A stretch of 64,000 bases of DNA from Saprospiraceae bacterium (GTDB lineage: Bacteria > Bacteroidota > Bacteroidia > Chitinophagales > Saprospiraceae). Positions 1-10,182 of this stretch are shown in pieces (the stretch's first letter is position 1; each line of letters begins with the position of its first letter). The notes under the pieces are model-generated. The model had not been told where the DNA came from and made no database searches. It saw nothing but the letters and a program-made list of their open reading frames with translations. The stretch is from positions 9,229 through 73,228 of the forward strand of contig JADLHA010000015.1 in the NCBI GenBank assembly GCA_020848995.1. Reading direction: 5' to 3'. Made by a program: the position numbers and the translations under genes.

Positions 1-683
1 ATGAGGAAAAGACCATCCACCTGATCCTGGATGCCATAGCCGGAGTGGCCTTGCCACAAGGCCTTCACAGGGAGATCGTGCTGGTCAACGATTGCTCCAA
101 AGACCGGACGGAGGAGGTCCTGATGAACTATATGGCGGAGCACCCCTCCGACGGCCCTTTTCGATATCACCGGCACGAGGTCAACCGGGGAAAAGGGGCC
201 GCCCTGCATACGGGAATCGCCGCTGCCACCGGAGACCTGATCCTGATTCAGGATGCCGACCTCGAGTACGATCCTCGCGAATACCCCCTGTTGTTGGGTC
301 CGATGCTGGAAGGCAGGGCCGACGTGGTTTACGGGTCCCGCTTTATTGGGGGCAAACCCCATCGCATTCTGTTTTTCTGGCATTCCATCGGCAACAAGTT
401 CCTGACCTTTTTGTCGAATACCTGCACCAACCTCAACCTGACCGACATGGAGACCTGTTACAAACTGTTCCGCAGCGACGTTCTTCGCCCGCTTCGGCTA
501 AAGGAAAAGCGTTTTGGTTTCGAACCGGAAGTCACCGCCCGGATCGCCCGCATCCCGGGCCTGCGCATCTTCGAAGTTGGAATCTCGTATTACGGCCGAA
601 CCTATGCCGAAGGTAAGAAAATCAACTGGAAAGACGGCTTGAGGGCAATCTATTGCATATTCAAATACCGGCTGATGCGCTGA
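1..683 (+). CDS. Family 2 glycosyltransferase (dolichyl-phosphate mannose synthase-like), 5'-truncated by the window edge
   Basis: The frame is open from nt 3 ([14 protein letters not shown]...), so the listed start at 45 is internal. GT-A signatures VNDCSKDRT and QDADLEYDP (DxD) are present. Confidence 0.8.
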   Translation, partial: EEKTIHLILDAIAGVALPQGLHREIVLVNDCSKDRTEEVLMNYMAEHPSDGPFRYHRHEVNRGKGAALHTGIAAATGDLILIQDADLEYDPREYPLLLGPMLEGRADVVYGSRFIGGKPHRILFFWHSIGNKFLTFLSNTCTNLNLTDMETCYKLFRSDVLRPLRLKEKRFGFEPEVTARIARIPGLRIFEVGISYYGRTYAEGKKINWKDGLRAIYCIFKYRLMR

Positions 684-733
684 CCCGGCCTCGGAACTTT
701 TGCGGCAAACCCTTGTTGTTGTTTATAAACTCA

Positions 734-1405
734 ATGACCATGACAACTACAAAATCACTGTTTTCTTCACTGGTGATTCTAACGACGTGCCTTTTTGGAA
801 GTGCGCAGGTGCGCGAACAAAAACTCAACATGAGTTTGGGCGTTCAGCCCGGCCTGTCGGTCAGCATTCCCGGCGCCAGCCAGAAAATCATTGAAAAAGT
901 ACTGAAAGATTACCTCAAACCCAGCGGGAAACTGAAAGAAAACAAGAAGGCCAAAGAATATTACATAGCCGGGGCGACCATTCGCTCCATCAATGCGGGC
1001 GCGCCACTCGACCTGTACGTCAGCACCGGCGAGCAAAGTGCCGTCATGCATTTCGACCTGAAAACTGCTTTCCTCAACTCCTCGGACCACCCAACGGCCT
1101 ACGAACAGGCATCTGCCTTTGTTCAGGAGTTTTCCTACGAAGTACAACGCGCCCAGACCAGGGAGATGCTGGAAGAGGAAGAAGAGAAACTCGAAAAACT
1201 CAACGACCGGCTGAACGACCTTGCTAAAGACAACAACAAGTTCCACAAGGAGATCGATAAAGCCCGTGAGACCATCCAGAAAAGGGAAAACGACCTGCTC
1301 AACAATGCAAAGGAACAGGAGATGACCAAAATCCAAATCGACAGCCAGACCAAAATGGTGGAGGAGGTTCAACAAAAGCTCAACGCCATCGGAAAAGCCA
1401 ACTGA
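734..1405 (+). CDS. Secreted coiled-coil protein of unknown function
   Basis: Lies in ORF 653-1405. ATG 734 gives the signal peptide MTMTTTKSLFSSLVILTTCLFGSAQV. The C-terminal ~90 aa are E/K/L/N-rich and heptad-like (EEEEEKLEKLNDRLNDLAKDNNKFHKEIDKARE...). Confidence 0.6.
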   Translation: MTMTTTKSLFSSLVILTTCLFGSAQVREQKLNMSLGVQPGLSVSIPGASQKIIEKVLKDYLKPSGKLKENKKAKEYYIAGATIRSINAGAPLDLYVSTGEQSAVMHFDLKTAFLNSSDHPTAYEQASAFVQEFSYEVQRAQTREMLEEEEEKLEKLNDRLNDLAKDNNKFHKEIDKARETIQKRENDLLNNAKEQEMTKIQIDSQTKMVEEVQQKLNAIGKAN

Positions 1406-1451
1406 CGACGTATTAAAAAAAATATTTATAAATATTTATACACATGTGTTG

Positions 1452-1481
1452 CCCCCGGAAGACCTCCGGGGTTCTTTTTTT
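1452..1481 (+). terminator. Rho-independent terminator downstream of 734-1405
   Basis: CCCCGGA-AGACC-TCCGGGG forms a 7-bp GC-rich stem and is followed directly by TTCTTTTTTT. Confidence 0.6.
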
Positions 1482-1637
1482 ACCCAAGGCGGTAGCCGCA
1501 GTTTGGCCGGCGAAATGATGAGCCCGGCGGCTTTCGGCGCACGCAAACTGCTGATGCTCAAATGCTCTTCCAAGATCTATTAATATATTATATTTTTTTA
1601 TAATATGTATATTCGCCCGGTGTTTGTCGCGTAGTAG

Positions 1638-1673
1638 TTTTCCACATCTTTTCCACATGCAAGCTGTGGACAG
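1638..1673. promoter_or_regulatory. Cluster of three DnaA-box-like 9-mers upstream of dnaB
   Basis: TTTTCCACA occurs at 1638-1646 and 1649-1657, 11 bp apart and one mismatch from TTATCCACA. An inverted TGTGGACAG lies at 1665-1673. AT-rich tracts flank the cluster. Confidence 0.35.
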
Positions 1674-1721
1674 TTGACGGGGAGCCTAACATATTGAACT
1701 TTTTCTTTATTTGATGAATTC

Positions 1722-1729
1722 TAATTTTG
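1722..1729 (+). promoter_or_regulatory. Candidate Bacteroidota -7 promoter box (TAnnTTTG) for dnaB
   Basis: TAATTTTG lies 35 nt upstream of ATG 1764. This six-specified-base motif is expected by chance a few times in the ~5 kb of non-coding DNA. Confidence 0.3.
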
Positions 1730-1763
1730 TGGTCGCTATTCACCACAAAAGGAAGATCCAACC

Positions 1764-3269
1764 ATGGCCGAATCATTGAGAGAAACATTGCGGGTGCGAC
1801 CGGGTGCATACCGGCAAAAGCCGCCGGAATCTGATTTGCTCGCCTATGAGCGGGTTCCACCACAGGCCATAGAATTGGAGGAAACCGTGTTGGGGGCCAT
1901 CATGATCGACAAAAACGCCATCAGCACCGTTCTCGACACCCTCAGGCCCGAGAGTTTTTACAAGCCTGCCCACCAAAAGATATACCTGGCGATGATCCGC
2001 CTGTTCGAGGCCAGCCAGCCCATCGACGTCCTGACGGTGAGGGAGAGCCTCAACAAAGAGCAGCAGCTCGAAGAAATCGGAGGATTGTCATTCCTCCTCG
2101 GCCTGGCCAACAAAGTGGCCTCCTCGGCCAATCTCGAATACCATGCGCGTATCGTAGCGCAAAAATTCGTTCAGCGCGAGTTGATCCGCATCTCTACCAA
2201 CATCATTCAGGATGCCTTTGAAGACTCCAAGGACGTTTTCGATTTGCTCGATGCAGCAGAACAGGGGCTTTACGACATTACCGACAAGTACCTGCGACGC
2301 GGTTACGAATCGGTCGGCTCCCTGATCCGATCGGCAAAGAATCGTTTGGAGACTATGATCCACGACGAATCGGGAGTTTCGGGTGTTGCCAGTGGGTTCC
2401 CGGATCTGGACAAATACACTTCCGGGTGGCAGCGTTCTAACCTCATCATCGTTGCTGCGCGTCCCGGCGTCGGCAAGACCTCTTTCACCCTGGCCCTGGG
2501 CCGCAACGCCGCCATGGATTACGGCACACCGGTGGCGCTATTTTCTCTGGAAATGAACAGTGGCGAACTGGCCAACCGCCTGTTGTCGATGGAGGCAGAG
2601 ATCGAAGGCGGCAAGCTGCGCAACGGCAAACTCGACGAGGATGACTGGGCCAAGCTCAATCATGCTATTCAAAAACTCGGCGATGCACCCATTTACATCG
2701 ACGACACCCCATCCCTCAATGTATTTGAATTGCGCGCAAAGTGTCGCCGCATGCACCAGCAATTTAAGATCGGGATGGTCGTCATCGACTACCTCCAGTT
2801 GATGACGGTGGGTGGAGGCGACAAAAAGAGCAGCCGGGAGCAGGAGATCTCAACGATATCACGTGCGCTCAAAAGCCTTGCCAAGGAGATCAACATACCC
2901 GTGATCGCCCTGTCGCAGCTCAACCGGGCAGCAGAGACCCAGACGCGTGAAAACCGGAAGCCCCAATTGTCCAACCTCCGGGAATCCGGCGCCATCGAAC
3001 AGGATGCCGACCTGGTATTGTTCATTTACCGTCCTGATTATTACGAACTCGAGAACAACTACGAACTGCCTAAGGGAACTACAGAACTCATCATTGCCAA
3101 GCACCGGAATGGACCAACCGGCAGCGTAAAACTTCGCTTCCTCGATTCGTACGCCAAATTTGTTCCACTGGATCAAACTTTTGATCCCTTTGGACACGTG
3201 GGGATGGCTCCCCCGAACGTCATCATCCGGCAATCAGCCATCAATGAAGAAGACACCACGCCGTTCTAA
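1764..3269 (+). CDS. dnaB: Replicative DNA helicase DnaB
   Basis: 501 aa. It has the DnaB N-terminal domain (PPQAIELEETVLGAIMID), Walker A ARPGVGKTSF, and the LSQLNR and RNGPTG motifs. Confidence 0.95.
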   Translation: MAESLRETLRVRPGAYRQKPPESDLLAYERVPPQAIELEETVLGAIMIDKNAISTVLDTLRPESFYKPAHQKIYLAMIRLFEASQPIDVLTVRESLNKEQQLEEIGGLSFLLGLANKVASSANLEYHARIVAQKFVQRELIRISTNIIQDAFEDSKDVFDLLDAAEQGLYDITDKYLRRGYESVGSLIRSAKNRLETMIHDESGVSGVASGFPDLDKYTSGWQRSNLIIVAARPGVGKTSFTLALGRNAAMDYGTPVALFSLEMNSGELANRLLSMEAEIEGGKLRNGKLDEDDWAKLNHAIQKLGDAPIYIDDTPSLNVFELRAKCRRMHQQFKIGMVVIDYLQLMTVGGGDKKSSREQEISTISRALKSLAKEINIPVIALSQLNRAAETQTRENRKPQLSNLRESGAIEQDADLVLFIYRPDYYELENNYELPKGTTELIIAKHRNGPTGSVKLRFLDSYAKFVPLDQTFDPFGHVGMAPPNVIIRQSAINEEDTTPF

Positions 3270-4017
3270 GTCGCCGGGGGCCGAAAAAGTTGATGCCCCG
3301 ACGACCTGGCGCCTGAACAAGTACATCGCCCACTCCGGAGTCTGTTCCCGCCGGGAGGCCGCCGATTTAGTGAAAGGCGGTCAGGTGCTCGTCAACGGAG
3401 TGCTCGAAACCAATCCGGCGCGCGAAATTCAAGCGGAAGACGTGGTAACCTGCCAGGGTAAGCGGGTAAAGCCGGCCGCTCAGCTCGTATATCTGCTGCT
3501 CAACAAGCCCAAAAATGTCATTACCACCCTTAGCGACGAAAAGGGCCGCAAAACAGTGTACGACCTCATCCGGGGCAAAGTTGCCGAACGCGTATATCCC
3601 GTCGGACGACTGGATCGAAACACCACGGGGCTGTTGCTGCTGACCAACGACGGTCAATTGGCTCAGCGCTTGTCGCATCCTTCCTTTCGCGTGCACAAAT
3701 TGTACCACGTCAAGCTCGACCGCGACCTCACGCGACGCGATTTTGAATCCATCCTGCAGGGAGTGGAACTCGAAGACGGCATTGCCGAAGTCGACGGCCT
3801 CGATTATGCAGCCCAAAAGCGCGATGAAGTGGGCATCGAGATCCATTCGGGCAAAAACCGCGTGTTGAGACGCCTTTTTGAAAAACTCGGTTACGAGGTG
3901 CTCCGCCTGGACCGCGTACTGTACGCCGGCCTAACGCGCAAAGGACTACCCCGTGGGCAGTTCCGCCATCTCACCCCACAAGAAGTCATCCGGCTCAAAC
4001 ATTTCAGACAGTTGTGA
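3244..4017 (+). CDS. RsuA/RluB-family rRNA pseudouridine synthase
   Basis: ATG 3244 (MKKTPRRSK...) lies within ORF 3160-4017. It has an S4 domain (RLNKYIAHSGVCSRREAADLV) and the catalytic GRLDRNTTGLLLLTNDG motif. It overlaps the dnaB 3' end by 26 nt. Confidence 0.85.
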   Translation: MKKTPRRSKSPGAEKVDAPTTWRLNKYIAHSGVCSRREAADLVKGGQVLVNGVLETNPAREIQAEDVVTCQGKRVKPAAQLVYLLLNKPKNVITTLSDEKGRKTVYDLIRGKVAERVYPVGRLDRNTTGLLLLTNDGQLAQRLSHPSFRVHKLYHVKLDRDLTRRDFESILQGVELEDGIAEVDGLDYAAQKRDEVGIEIHSGKNRVLRRLFEKLGYEVLRLDRVLYAGLTRKGLPRGQFRHLTPQEVIRLKHFRQL

Positions 4018-4399
4018 ACGGCCAACCCACGTGCAGCACTTGACAGGTAATTCCCGTCCAGGCGCCGTCCTTTCCTAAAGCCATTTTCTAAAAGGTACTT
4101 CTAAAAACCCCATTAGGATGCCAGAATGAATTTAGCCTAACAAAAGGCTGGTGACGCGTTCTGGTATTGCGGAATGGAAGCAAGTTTCCGGGGATCCCCG
4201 AATCAAGAAAAGTTTACATTGCAAATCATTCATTTACAATTAATTGCATTGTAATACCTCCATAATTTTGGAAGTCTCTTAGCCGCGGCCAACCGCAAGC
4301 ATTTTTAAAGAATTCTTCAAAATTGCATTTAGCTTCCCAAAGCTCCATCCTGGACGGCCTGCCGGTACAGATTCTGCCGCCCTTCTTAACCGCTGGTAT

Positions 4400-4918
4400 T
4401 CATTTGAGGAATACGTCAAATCTCACGACGAGGAAATGCTCTGAAACCACACCCGGAACGGCCCGGATCCTCATTTCGAGTTGCATAAAAAATTCCGGTT
4501 GGCGAACGATTTCACGAACGTCGGCCAGACCTGGAAGCAACAGCAGTTCAGCGGGAGCCTCCACGTTGTCGTACAGGTCGCCCACGAAAAGTTTTCCTCC
4601 GGGGTCTGCAGGATCGTAGATCCCGGCATGGGCTTCCGACACCAGCTCGTAGCTGATTTCGCGATCGAGCACCGGTGCTATCGACACAAGGGAGGGCCTC
4701 ACCAGGCGGATGTCTTCTTCTTTCAGCCCGTTGCTGTTGAGAAAGGATATCCACGAACTGGCAACCCGCTGTTCAAAAACATGGGTCAGCAGCGGATTGG
4801 CATTTGCAGGCAACTCAAATCGCATGCGGTATTCGAGTTCAAAATCGCCGCGCTCTTCGCTGGAGCAGGAAAGCGTCATCGCTGCAAAGGCGAATATCCA
4901 TGTCAGGGTTTTCACCAT
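4400..4918 (-). CDS. Predicted lipoprotein of unknown function
   Basis: ATG 4918 gives MVKTLTWIFAFAAMTLSCSSE, a lipobox-like LSC. I recognise no catalytic motif. Confidence 0.55.
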   Translation of the reverse strand: MVKTLTWIFAFAAMTLSCSSEERGDFELEYRMRFELPANANPLLTHVFEQRVASSWISFLNSNGLKEEDIRLVRPSLVSIAPVLDREISYELVSEAHAGIYDPADPGGKLFVGDLYDNVEAPAELLLLPGLADVREIVRQPEFFMQLEMRIRAVPGVVSEHFLVVRFDVFLK

Positions 4919-5073
4919 TCGCCAAAGGTAGGACATAGAAGAATTCCCAGGTCTTTCCAACTTCTGCCCCACTCACTTGTTGAATTCAGCGAAGGCTCTT
5001 GTCTTTTGGCGGTTTGTCCGGAATCTCCTATCATTGCGGCAATTTTCAAAAGGGCTTCTAAATCAACAACCAC

Positions 5074-7353
5074 ATGACCCATACTCCGTTCGACAAGGCG
5101 ATGCTCGACAGGCATTACTCCAGTTTTTCTGCCCGCGTGGCGGCAGCTCGAAAAGCCCTGGACAAGCAGCTCACCCTGACTGAGAAGATACTCTATACGC
5201 ACCTCCATCCGGATTCGGCCCTAAAATCCTACCTGCGGGGAAAAGACTATGTCTTTTTTTCACCCGATCGAGTGGCCATGCAGGATGCTACGGCCCAGAT
5301 GGCCCTTTTGCAGTTCACGACCTGCGGCAAAAAATCCACCGCTGTTCCGACCACGGTCCACTGCGACCACCTCATCCTGGCAGAAAAGGGTGCAGGTGAG
5401 GACTTGCGGAGTTCGCTCAAGGATAACGCGGAAGTGTTTGATTTTCTCAAATCCATTTCCAACAAATACGGCATAGGGTTCTGGAAGCCCGGAGCCGGCA
5501 TCATTCATCAGATCATCCTGGAGAATTACGCATTTCCTGGCGGCATGATGATCGGCACGGATTCACACACGCCCAATGCGGGTGGGCTAGGCATGCTCGC
5601 CATCGGAGTTGGCGGAGCAGATGCTGTTGACGTCATGGTTGGTATGCCCTGGGAACTCAAAATGCCCCGGCTCATCGGGGTGCATCTGAAGGGTAAGCTC
5701 AGCGGGTGGACTTCTGCCAAAGACGTCATCCTCAAGCTCGCGGGCTTGCTCACGGTAAAAGGCGGAACTGGGGCCATTGTCGAGTATTTTGGAGAAGGGG
5801 CACGGTCGCTTTCGTGTACCGGCAAGGGCACCATTTGCAATATGGGCGCAGAGATTGGAGCGACGACTTCGACGTTTGGCTACGACCCCTCGATGGGACG
5901 CTACCTCCGCCATACCGGCAGGGCGGTTGTTGCCGATTCATGCGATTCCATTGCCCCTGACCTCACCGGAGATTTTGAGTGCTATCAGGATCCGGAAAAG
6001 TACTTTGACCAGGTGGTAGAAATTGACCTGTCAAGCCTGGAACCACACATCAACGGTCCCTATACCCCGGATTTGGCATGGCCGATCTCCCAATTCGCAA
6101 AAGCGGTTCAGGAAAAGGGGTATCCGCGCAAACTTGAAGTCGGGCTCATCGGTTCGTGTACCAATTCTTCTTACGAAGACCTTTCCCGCGCCGCCTCACT
6201 TGCTCAACAGGCAGTAGATAAACACCTGCGTACCAAAGCTGAGTTCACCATCACCCCCGGATCCGAACAAATCCGTTATACTGTAGATCGCGACGGACTG
6301 CTGTCGCAGTTTGAAGCCATGGGAGGAGTTGTACTCGCCAACGCCTGTGGTCCCTGCATTGGTCAGTGGAAGCGGCACATTGACGATCCAAACCGCAAGA
6401 ATTCCATCATCACTTCGTTTAACCGCAACTTTTCAAAGCGCAACGACGGCCTGACGAGTACCCATGCTTTTGTCGCCTCCCCAGAAATCGTCACCGCCCT
6501 GGCCATTGCCGGTGACCTGTGTTTCAACCCACTCACGGATACGCTCACCAACGACCGGGGAGAGCAAGTGCGCCTGGATCCGCCTTCGGGAAGCGAGCTT
6601 CCCGTTATGGGCTTTGCCGTTGGAGATGCCGGCTATCAGGCCCCCGCACAGAATGGGAGTTCTGAGGAAGTGGTCATCCGGCCCGATAGCAGGAGGTTGC
6701 AATCGCTGAAGCCCTTTTCACCCATTACTTCTGCCGAATTGACCGGTATGCGCATCCTGATCAAGGCCAAAGGCAAGTGTACTACCGACCACATCTCCAT
6801 GGCAGGACCCTGGTTAGAATATCGCGGACACCTCGAGAACATTTCCAACAACAGTTTTATTGGAGCAATTAACGCCTTCAACGACCAGGCCAACAGAGTG
6901 CTCAATTATGTGTCAGGCGATTACCTCGCAGTACCCGATTCGGCGCGTTTGTATCAATCCAATGGGATCTCCACGGTGGTCTTTGGCGAGGAGAACTACG
7001 GCGAAGGGTCTTCGCGCGAGCACGCAGCCATGCAACCCCGCTTTCTCGGTGTCAAGGCCGTCATCGTCAAATCCTTTGCGCGCATTCACGAGACCAACCT
7101 CAAAAAGCAGGGCATGCTTGCACTGACGTTTGCCCAACTACCCGACTACGACAAAGTGCGTCAGGATGACCTGATCGATTTGCAGGGATTCGACGCAATG
7201 ATGCCGGGAGCACCGCTGTCGCTTTTGCTCCGGCATGCCGACGGTACCACGGATACCGTCGAACTGCTGCACACGTACAACGAACAGCAAATAGGATGGC
7301 TTCGGGAAGGTTCCGCCCTCAACAAAATTCGCAGGGAACTGCAAAACCACTGA
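5074..7353 (+). CDS. acnA: Aconitate hydratase (mitochondrial-type, ~750 aa)
   Basis: Aconitase Fe-S ligand motifs are present: [19 protein letters not shown] and [10 protein letters not shown]. The swivel domain is at the C-terminus. Confidence 0.93.
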   Translation: MTHTPFDKAMLDRHYSSFSARVAAARKALDKQLTLTEKILYTHLHPDSALKSYLRGKDYVFFSPDRVAMQDATAQMALLQFTTCGKKSTAVPTTVHCDHLILAEKGAGEDLRSSLKDNAEVFDFLKSISNKYGIGFWKPGAGIIHQIILENYAFPGGMMIGTDSHTPNAGGLGMLAIGVGGADAVDVMVGMPWELKMPRLIGVHLKGKLSGWTSAKDVILKLAGLLTVKGGTGAIVEYFGEGARSLSCTGKGTICNMGAEIGATTSTFGYDPSMGRYLRHTGRAVVADSCDSIAPDLTGDFECYQDPEKYFDQVVEIDLSSLEPHINGPYTPDLAWPISQFAKAVQEKGYPRKLEVGLIGSCTNSSYEDLSRAASLAQQAVDKHLRTKAEFTITPGSEQIRYTVDRDGLLSQFEAMGGVVLANACGPCIGQWKRHIDDPNRKNSIITSFNRNFSKRNDGLTSTHAFVASPEIVTALAIAGDLCFNPLTDTLTNDRGEQVRLDPPSGSELPVMGFAVGDAGYQAPAQNGSSEEVVIRPDSRRLQSLKPFSPITSAELTGMRILIKAKGKCTTDHISMAGPWLEYRGHLENISNNSFIGAINAFNDQANRVLNYVSGDYLAVPDSARLYQSNGISTVVFGEENYGEGSSREHAAMQPRFLGVKAVIVKSFARIHETNLKKQGMLALTFAQLPDYDKVRQDDLIDLQGFDAMMPGAPLSLLLRHADGTTDTVELLHTYNEQQIGWLREGSALNKIRRELQNH

Positions 7354-7601
7354 TGCATCGCTGCCCGGCCTGAACCGGGTACACTTCGAGTTCGTCGACT
7401 CGTTTACCTCTGCGGCAACGCTCAACCCAAAGACCCCAGGGTCGCGGTTCCTCCAATCCTTCATCCATGGCAAAGGGTCCCTTCACGCGTGAACTGTGGT
7501 GTACTTTCGGGATCCGCATGATCTCGAACGGGAGATTTTTTAAATTCGCCATGTTAATTGCCACCTGCCCAGGCAGTATTGATCACATTAAACCCAAACA
7601 C

Positions 7602-7952
7602 ATGCTGAAAGAATTCAAGGAATTTGCAATGAGCGGCAACCTGATCGACATTGCAGTTGGTCTCGTCATGGCCGCTGCCTTTGGCACGCTGACTACCGCT
7701 TTTGTCGATGGTGTTTTTATGCCCCTGGTGGGCATGCTTTTCCAGGTTGGCGACCTGAACGACGCTCATTGGGTGCTCAGCGGGGAAGTGCTCGGGCCAA
7801 ACGGCGAAGTCGTCACACCTGCCACAGCCATACATTATGGAAAGTTCATTGCCGCTGCCATCAACTTTCTCATCATTGCCCTGGCCATGTTTATGGTAGT
7901 AAAGTCGATCAACCGGCTTAAAGGGGATAAAGGCGCTTCTGCGGCTTCCTGA
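7602..7952 (+). CDS. mscL: Large-conductance mechanosensitive channel
   Basis: ATG 7602 gives MLKEFKEFAMSGNLIDIAVGLVMAAAFG, the canonical MscL N-terminus and TM1. The product is 116 aa. Confidence 0.9.
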   Translation: MLKEFKEFAMSGNLIDIAVGLVMAAAFGTLTTAFVDGVFMPLVGMLFQVGDLNDAHWVLSGEVLGPNGEVVTPATAIHYGKFIAAAINFLIIALAMFMVVKSINRLKGDKGASAAS

Positions 7953-8099
7953 GGTTCGTCAGTACTTTCCTGCGTTCCGTATTTTTCTTCACGATAGTAT
8001 CCGGGAGGGAGTCCCCAGGCACCTGTCCTGAAGGCTTCTGAACCGCACAGGCCTTTTGTGCGTTGTCATTCCACTGCATTTCATGCAAAGATTCATGCC

Positions 8100-9182
8100 A
8101 TGGAGTTTTTTAAAGCAATTGTTACCGAAATTCACCGCGAGACGGCGGACGCAAGCCGGATATGTTTTGATGCTGAGCGTACTTACGGCAAAAATCCAGG
8201 ATTTAAACCCGGTCAACACATTACCCTGCGCGTCGTACTCGATGGAGTGGAGCGGAGGCGCAGCTATTCTCTGTGCTCGCTCCCCGGGGAAGCGAAGGCC
8301 TGCATTGCCGTAAAAGCTGTTCCAAACGGTCTGGTATCGAATTGGCTTCACAGGGCCATTCGCCCGGGAAGCACGTTTGAATGCAGTTTACCGGAGGGGC
8401 ATTTTACTTTACTGCCGGATCCGGAGCGCAGACACCACCATTACTTCATCGCCGCCGGCAGTGGCATCACACCGGTGTTGCCGATGATCTCCAGCCTGCT
8501 GGAATCAGAGCCCTGCTCTACCGTTTACCTGCTCTATGGCAACCGCAACGAAGAAAGCATTTTGTTTTACGAGCGGCTGCGCGAACTGGAAGGCCGTCAT
8601 GCCGGACAGTTTTTCTCAGAGTACACGCTCAGCCGTCCGTCGAAATCCTTACTGCCCTTTTTGCGAAGTGCGCGCAAAAAATGGCAGGGGTGGACCGGGA
8701 GGATCGGTGCCGAACTCCTGGATGCCTTTTTGCACAAATACCCGCCACCGGGCCAGACAAGTTCCTTTTACCTCTGCGGCCCAGGCCAGATGATCGAAGA
8801 CATCAAGTCAGGTCTGGACTCCCGCGGTTTCGAAGCCGGCAACATCCACGCCGAGTATTTTACCGCTCCGCCCAAACCCGACGTCCCTCTGTCCAGCCCT
8901 GCCGTGGAACACGTACACGTTACGGTACACCTCAGCGGAAAAAAACACGAGGTCGATCTTTCAGGCGATCAGAAAATCCTCGACGGGCTGCTTACTGCAG
9001 GCATCGACGCCCCCTATTCCTGTTGCAGCGGCGCATGTTCAACGTGCATGGCCAGGCTCATTTCAGGTCAGGTGCACATGGACACTGCGCTGGCCCTGGA
9101 GCAGGAAGATCTGGATGCTGGATACATCCTCACCTGTCAGTCCAGACCATTGACGCCACAAATCGAAATAGTATTTCCCTGA
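8100..9182 (+). CDS. Ferredoxin-NAD(P) reductase fused to a plant-type 2Fe-2S ferredoxin (PaaE/phthalate dioxygenase reductase-like)
   Basis: It has the FAD-binding RRSYSLCS (RxYS) motif, the NAD-binding AAGSGITPV motif and a C-terminal CCSGACSTCMARL cluster motif. Confidence 0.8.
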   Translation: MEFFKAIVTEIHRETADASRICFDAERTYGKNPGFKPGQHITLRVVLDGVERRRSYSLCSLPGEAKACIAVKAVPNGLVSNWLHRAIRPGSTFECSLPEGHFTLLPDPERRHHHYFIAAGSGITPVLPMISSLLESEPCSTVYLLYGNRNEESILFYERLRELEGRHAGQFFSEYTLSRPSKSLLPFLRSARKKWQGWTGRIGAELLDAFLHKYPPPGQTSSFYLCGPGQMIEDIKSGLDSRGFEAGNIHAEYFTAPPKPDVPLSSPAVEHVHVTVHLSGKKHEVDLSGDQKILDGLLTAGIDAPYSCCSGACSTCMARLISGQVHMDTALALEQEDLDAGYILTCQSRPLTPQIEIVFP

Positions 9183-9194
9183 GAAATCACCCAC

Positions 9195-10142
9195 TCACCG
9201 GATGATTTTCCAATTCCGGTATCCGAACAGTTGTTCGCCTCGCAGGAACTTCTGCTCAATCGCAGTCAGCATGCGATACTTGAATCTTTCATGCTTGAGG
9301 GCAGGGCGCGATGGCTTGTAATCCGGTTCGAATTTCAACGTGTCTCCCCAATCAAATTTTTGCATAAACCCCTCCATAACATGCGGATGGGTCCCCGAAA
9401 AGACAGGATAATCGCACATATTGCCGTAGTCGAAAGCCTCCGGATTGCTGGTGTGTCTGCGCTGAACTTCCTCCGGATTGTGGTAATATCCATCCATGAC
9501 GACGGATTTTCGTTTCATCATGGATGGGGGGCGCACCCATCCGTAGTGATAAACTTCGGCGGGGATCCTTCTAACCTTCAGGTGCCGGCTGTTTTTGAGC
9601 TCCCGGTAACTGATCCCGTCGAAAGCAGTAAACGCTCGAAATGATTGTGCATCAGCAAAAGACCGGATATCCGGGCGATTCCGGATGATGCGGATTTCCG
9701 AAGGGTACCAGGCATGAGAAACCACGCAGTGCCTGTAGTCTCCCCAGAAATGCCGGTAACGGAAGAGGAACCCCTCCGTCTGTTTGTCTTCGAGATATTG
9801 CGAACAAACGTTCGTAATTGTATTCAGGTACTGTTCATGAATGACTTCATCGGATTGCAGATACAGCAGCCAATGACCGCTACAGGCCTCTCTGGCAAGG
9901 TCCGTCTGCTGCGCATAGACCGTTCCTGCTGGAAACCGCAATGTGTCCCACTCCGTTTTCAGAATGGAGATCTTGGGTTCGCCCATTTCGAGCAACAACG
10001 CTTCCGTGACATCGTTGTCATCACCACGGCCCAGGGCCACGACAAACTCATCCACGATGGGCAAGACTGATTTTATGGATTCCCTGAATGGGTAGTACAG
10101 CCCCGCTGTATTCCGCATAAATGTAAAGCCGCTGATCTTCAT
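9195..10142 (-). CDS. Conserved GT-A (GT2)-like glycosyltransferase-family protein
   Basis: ATG 10142 gives MKISGFTFMRNTAGLYYPFRESIKSVLPIVDEFVVALG. I recall this N-terminal pattern from Bacteroidota proteins annotated as family 2 glycosyltransferases. An acidic SDE motif is present. Confidence 0.6.
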   Translation of the reverse strand: MKISGFTFMRNTAGLYYPFRESIKSVLPIVDEFVVALGRGDDNDVTEALLLEMGEPKISILKTEWDTLRFPAGTVYAQQTDLAREACSGHWLLYLQSDEVIHEQYLNTITNVCSQYLEDKQTEGFLFRYRHFWGDYRHCVVSHAWYPSEIRIIRNRPDIRSFADAQSFRAFTAFDGISYRELKNSRHLKVRRIPAEVYHYGWVRPPSMMKRKSVVMDGYYHNPEEVQRRHTSNPEAFDYGNMCDYPVFSGTHPHVMEGFMQKFDWGDTLKFEPDYKPSRPALKHERFKYRMLTAIEQKFLRGEQLFGYRNWKIIR

Positions 10143-10182
10143 CGTGATATGACTACGGAATTTCCCAAACCGGCGGATGCAG

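Noticed and set aside
1406-1763. A firm call of the chromosomal origin (oriC) at the dnaB upstream region.
   Set aside because: There are only three boxes, two of them good. Gene orientation does not switch at this point, and no dnaA or dnaN gene is nearby. It is reported as a DnaA-box cluster finding instead.
8381-9205. A 274-aa Arg/Pro-rich ORF overlaps the reductase gene in another frame.
   Set aside because: The composition is typical of an off-frame reading of GC-rich coding DNA. The 8100-9182 frame carries the complete FAD, NAD and 2Fe-2S motifs.
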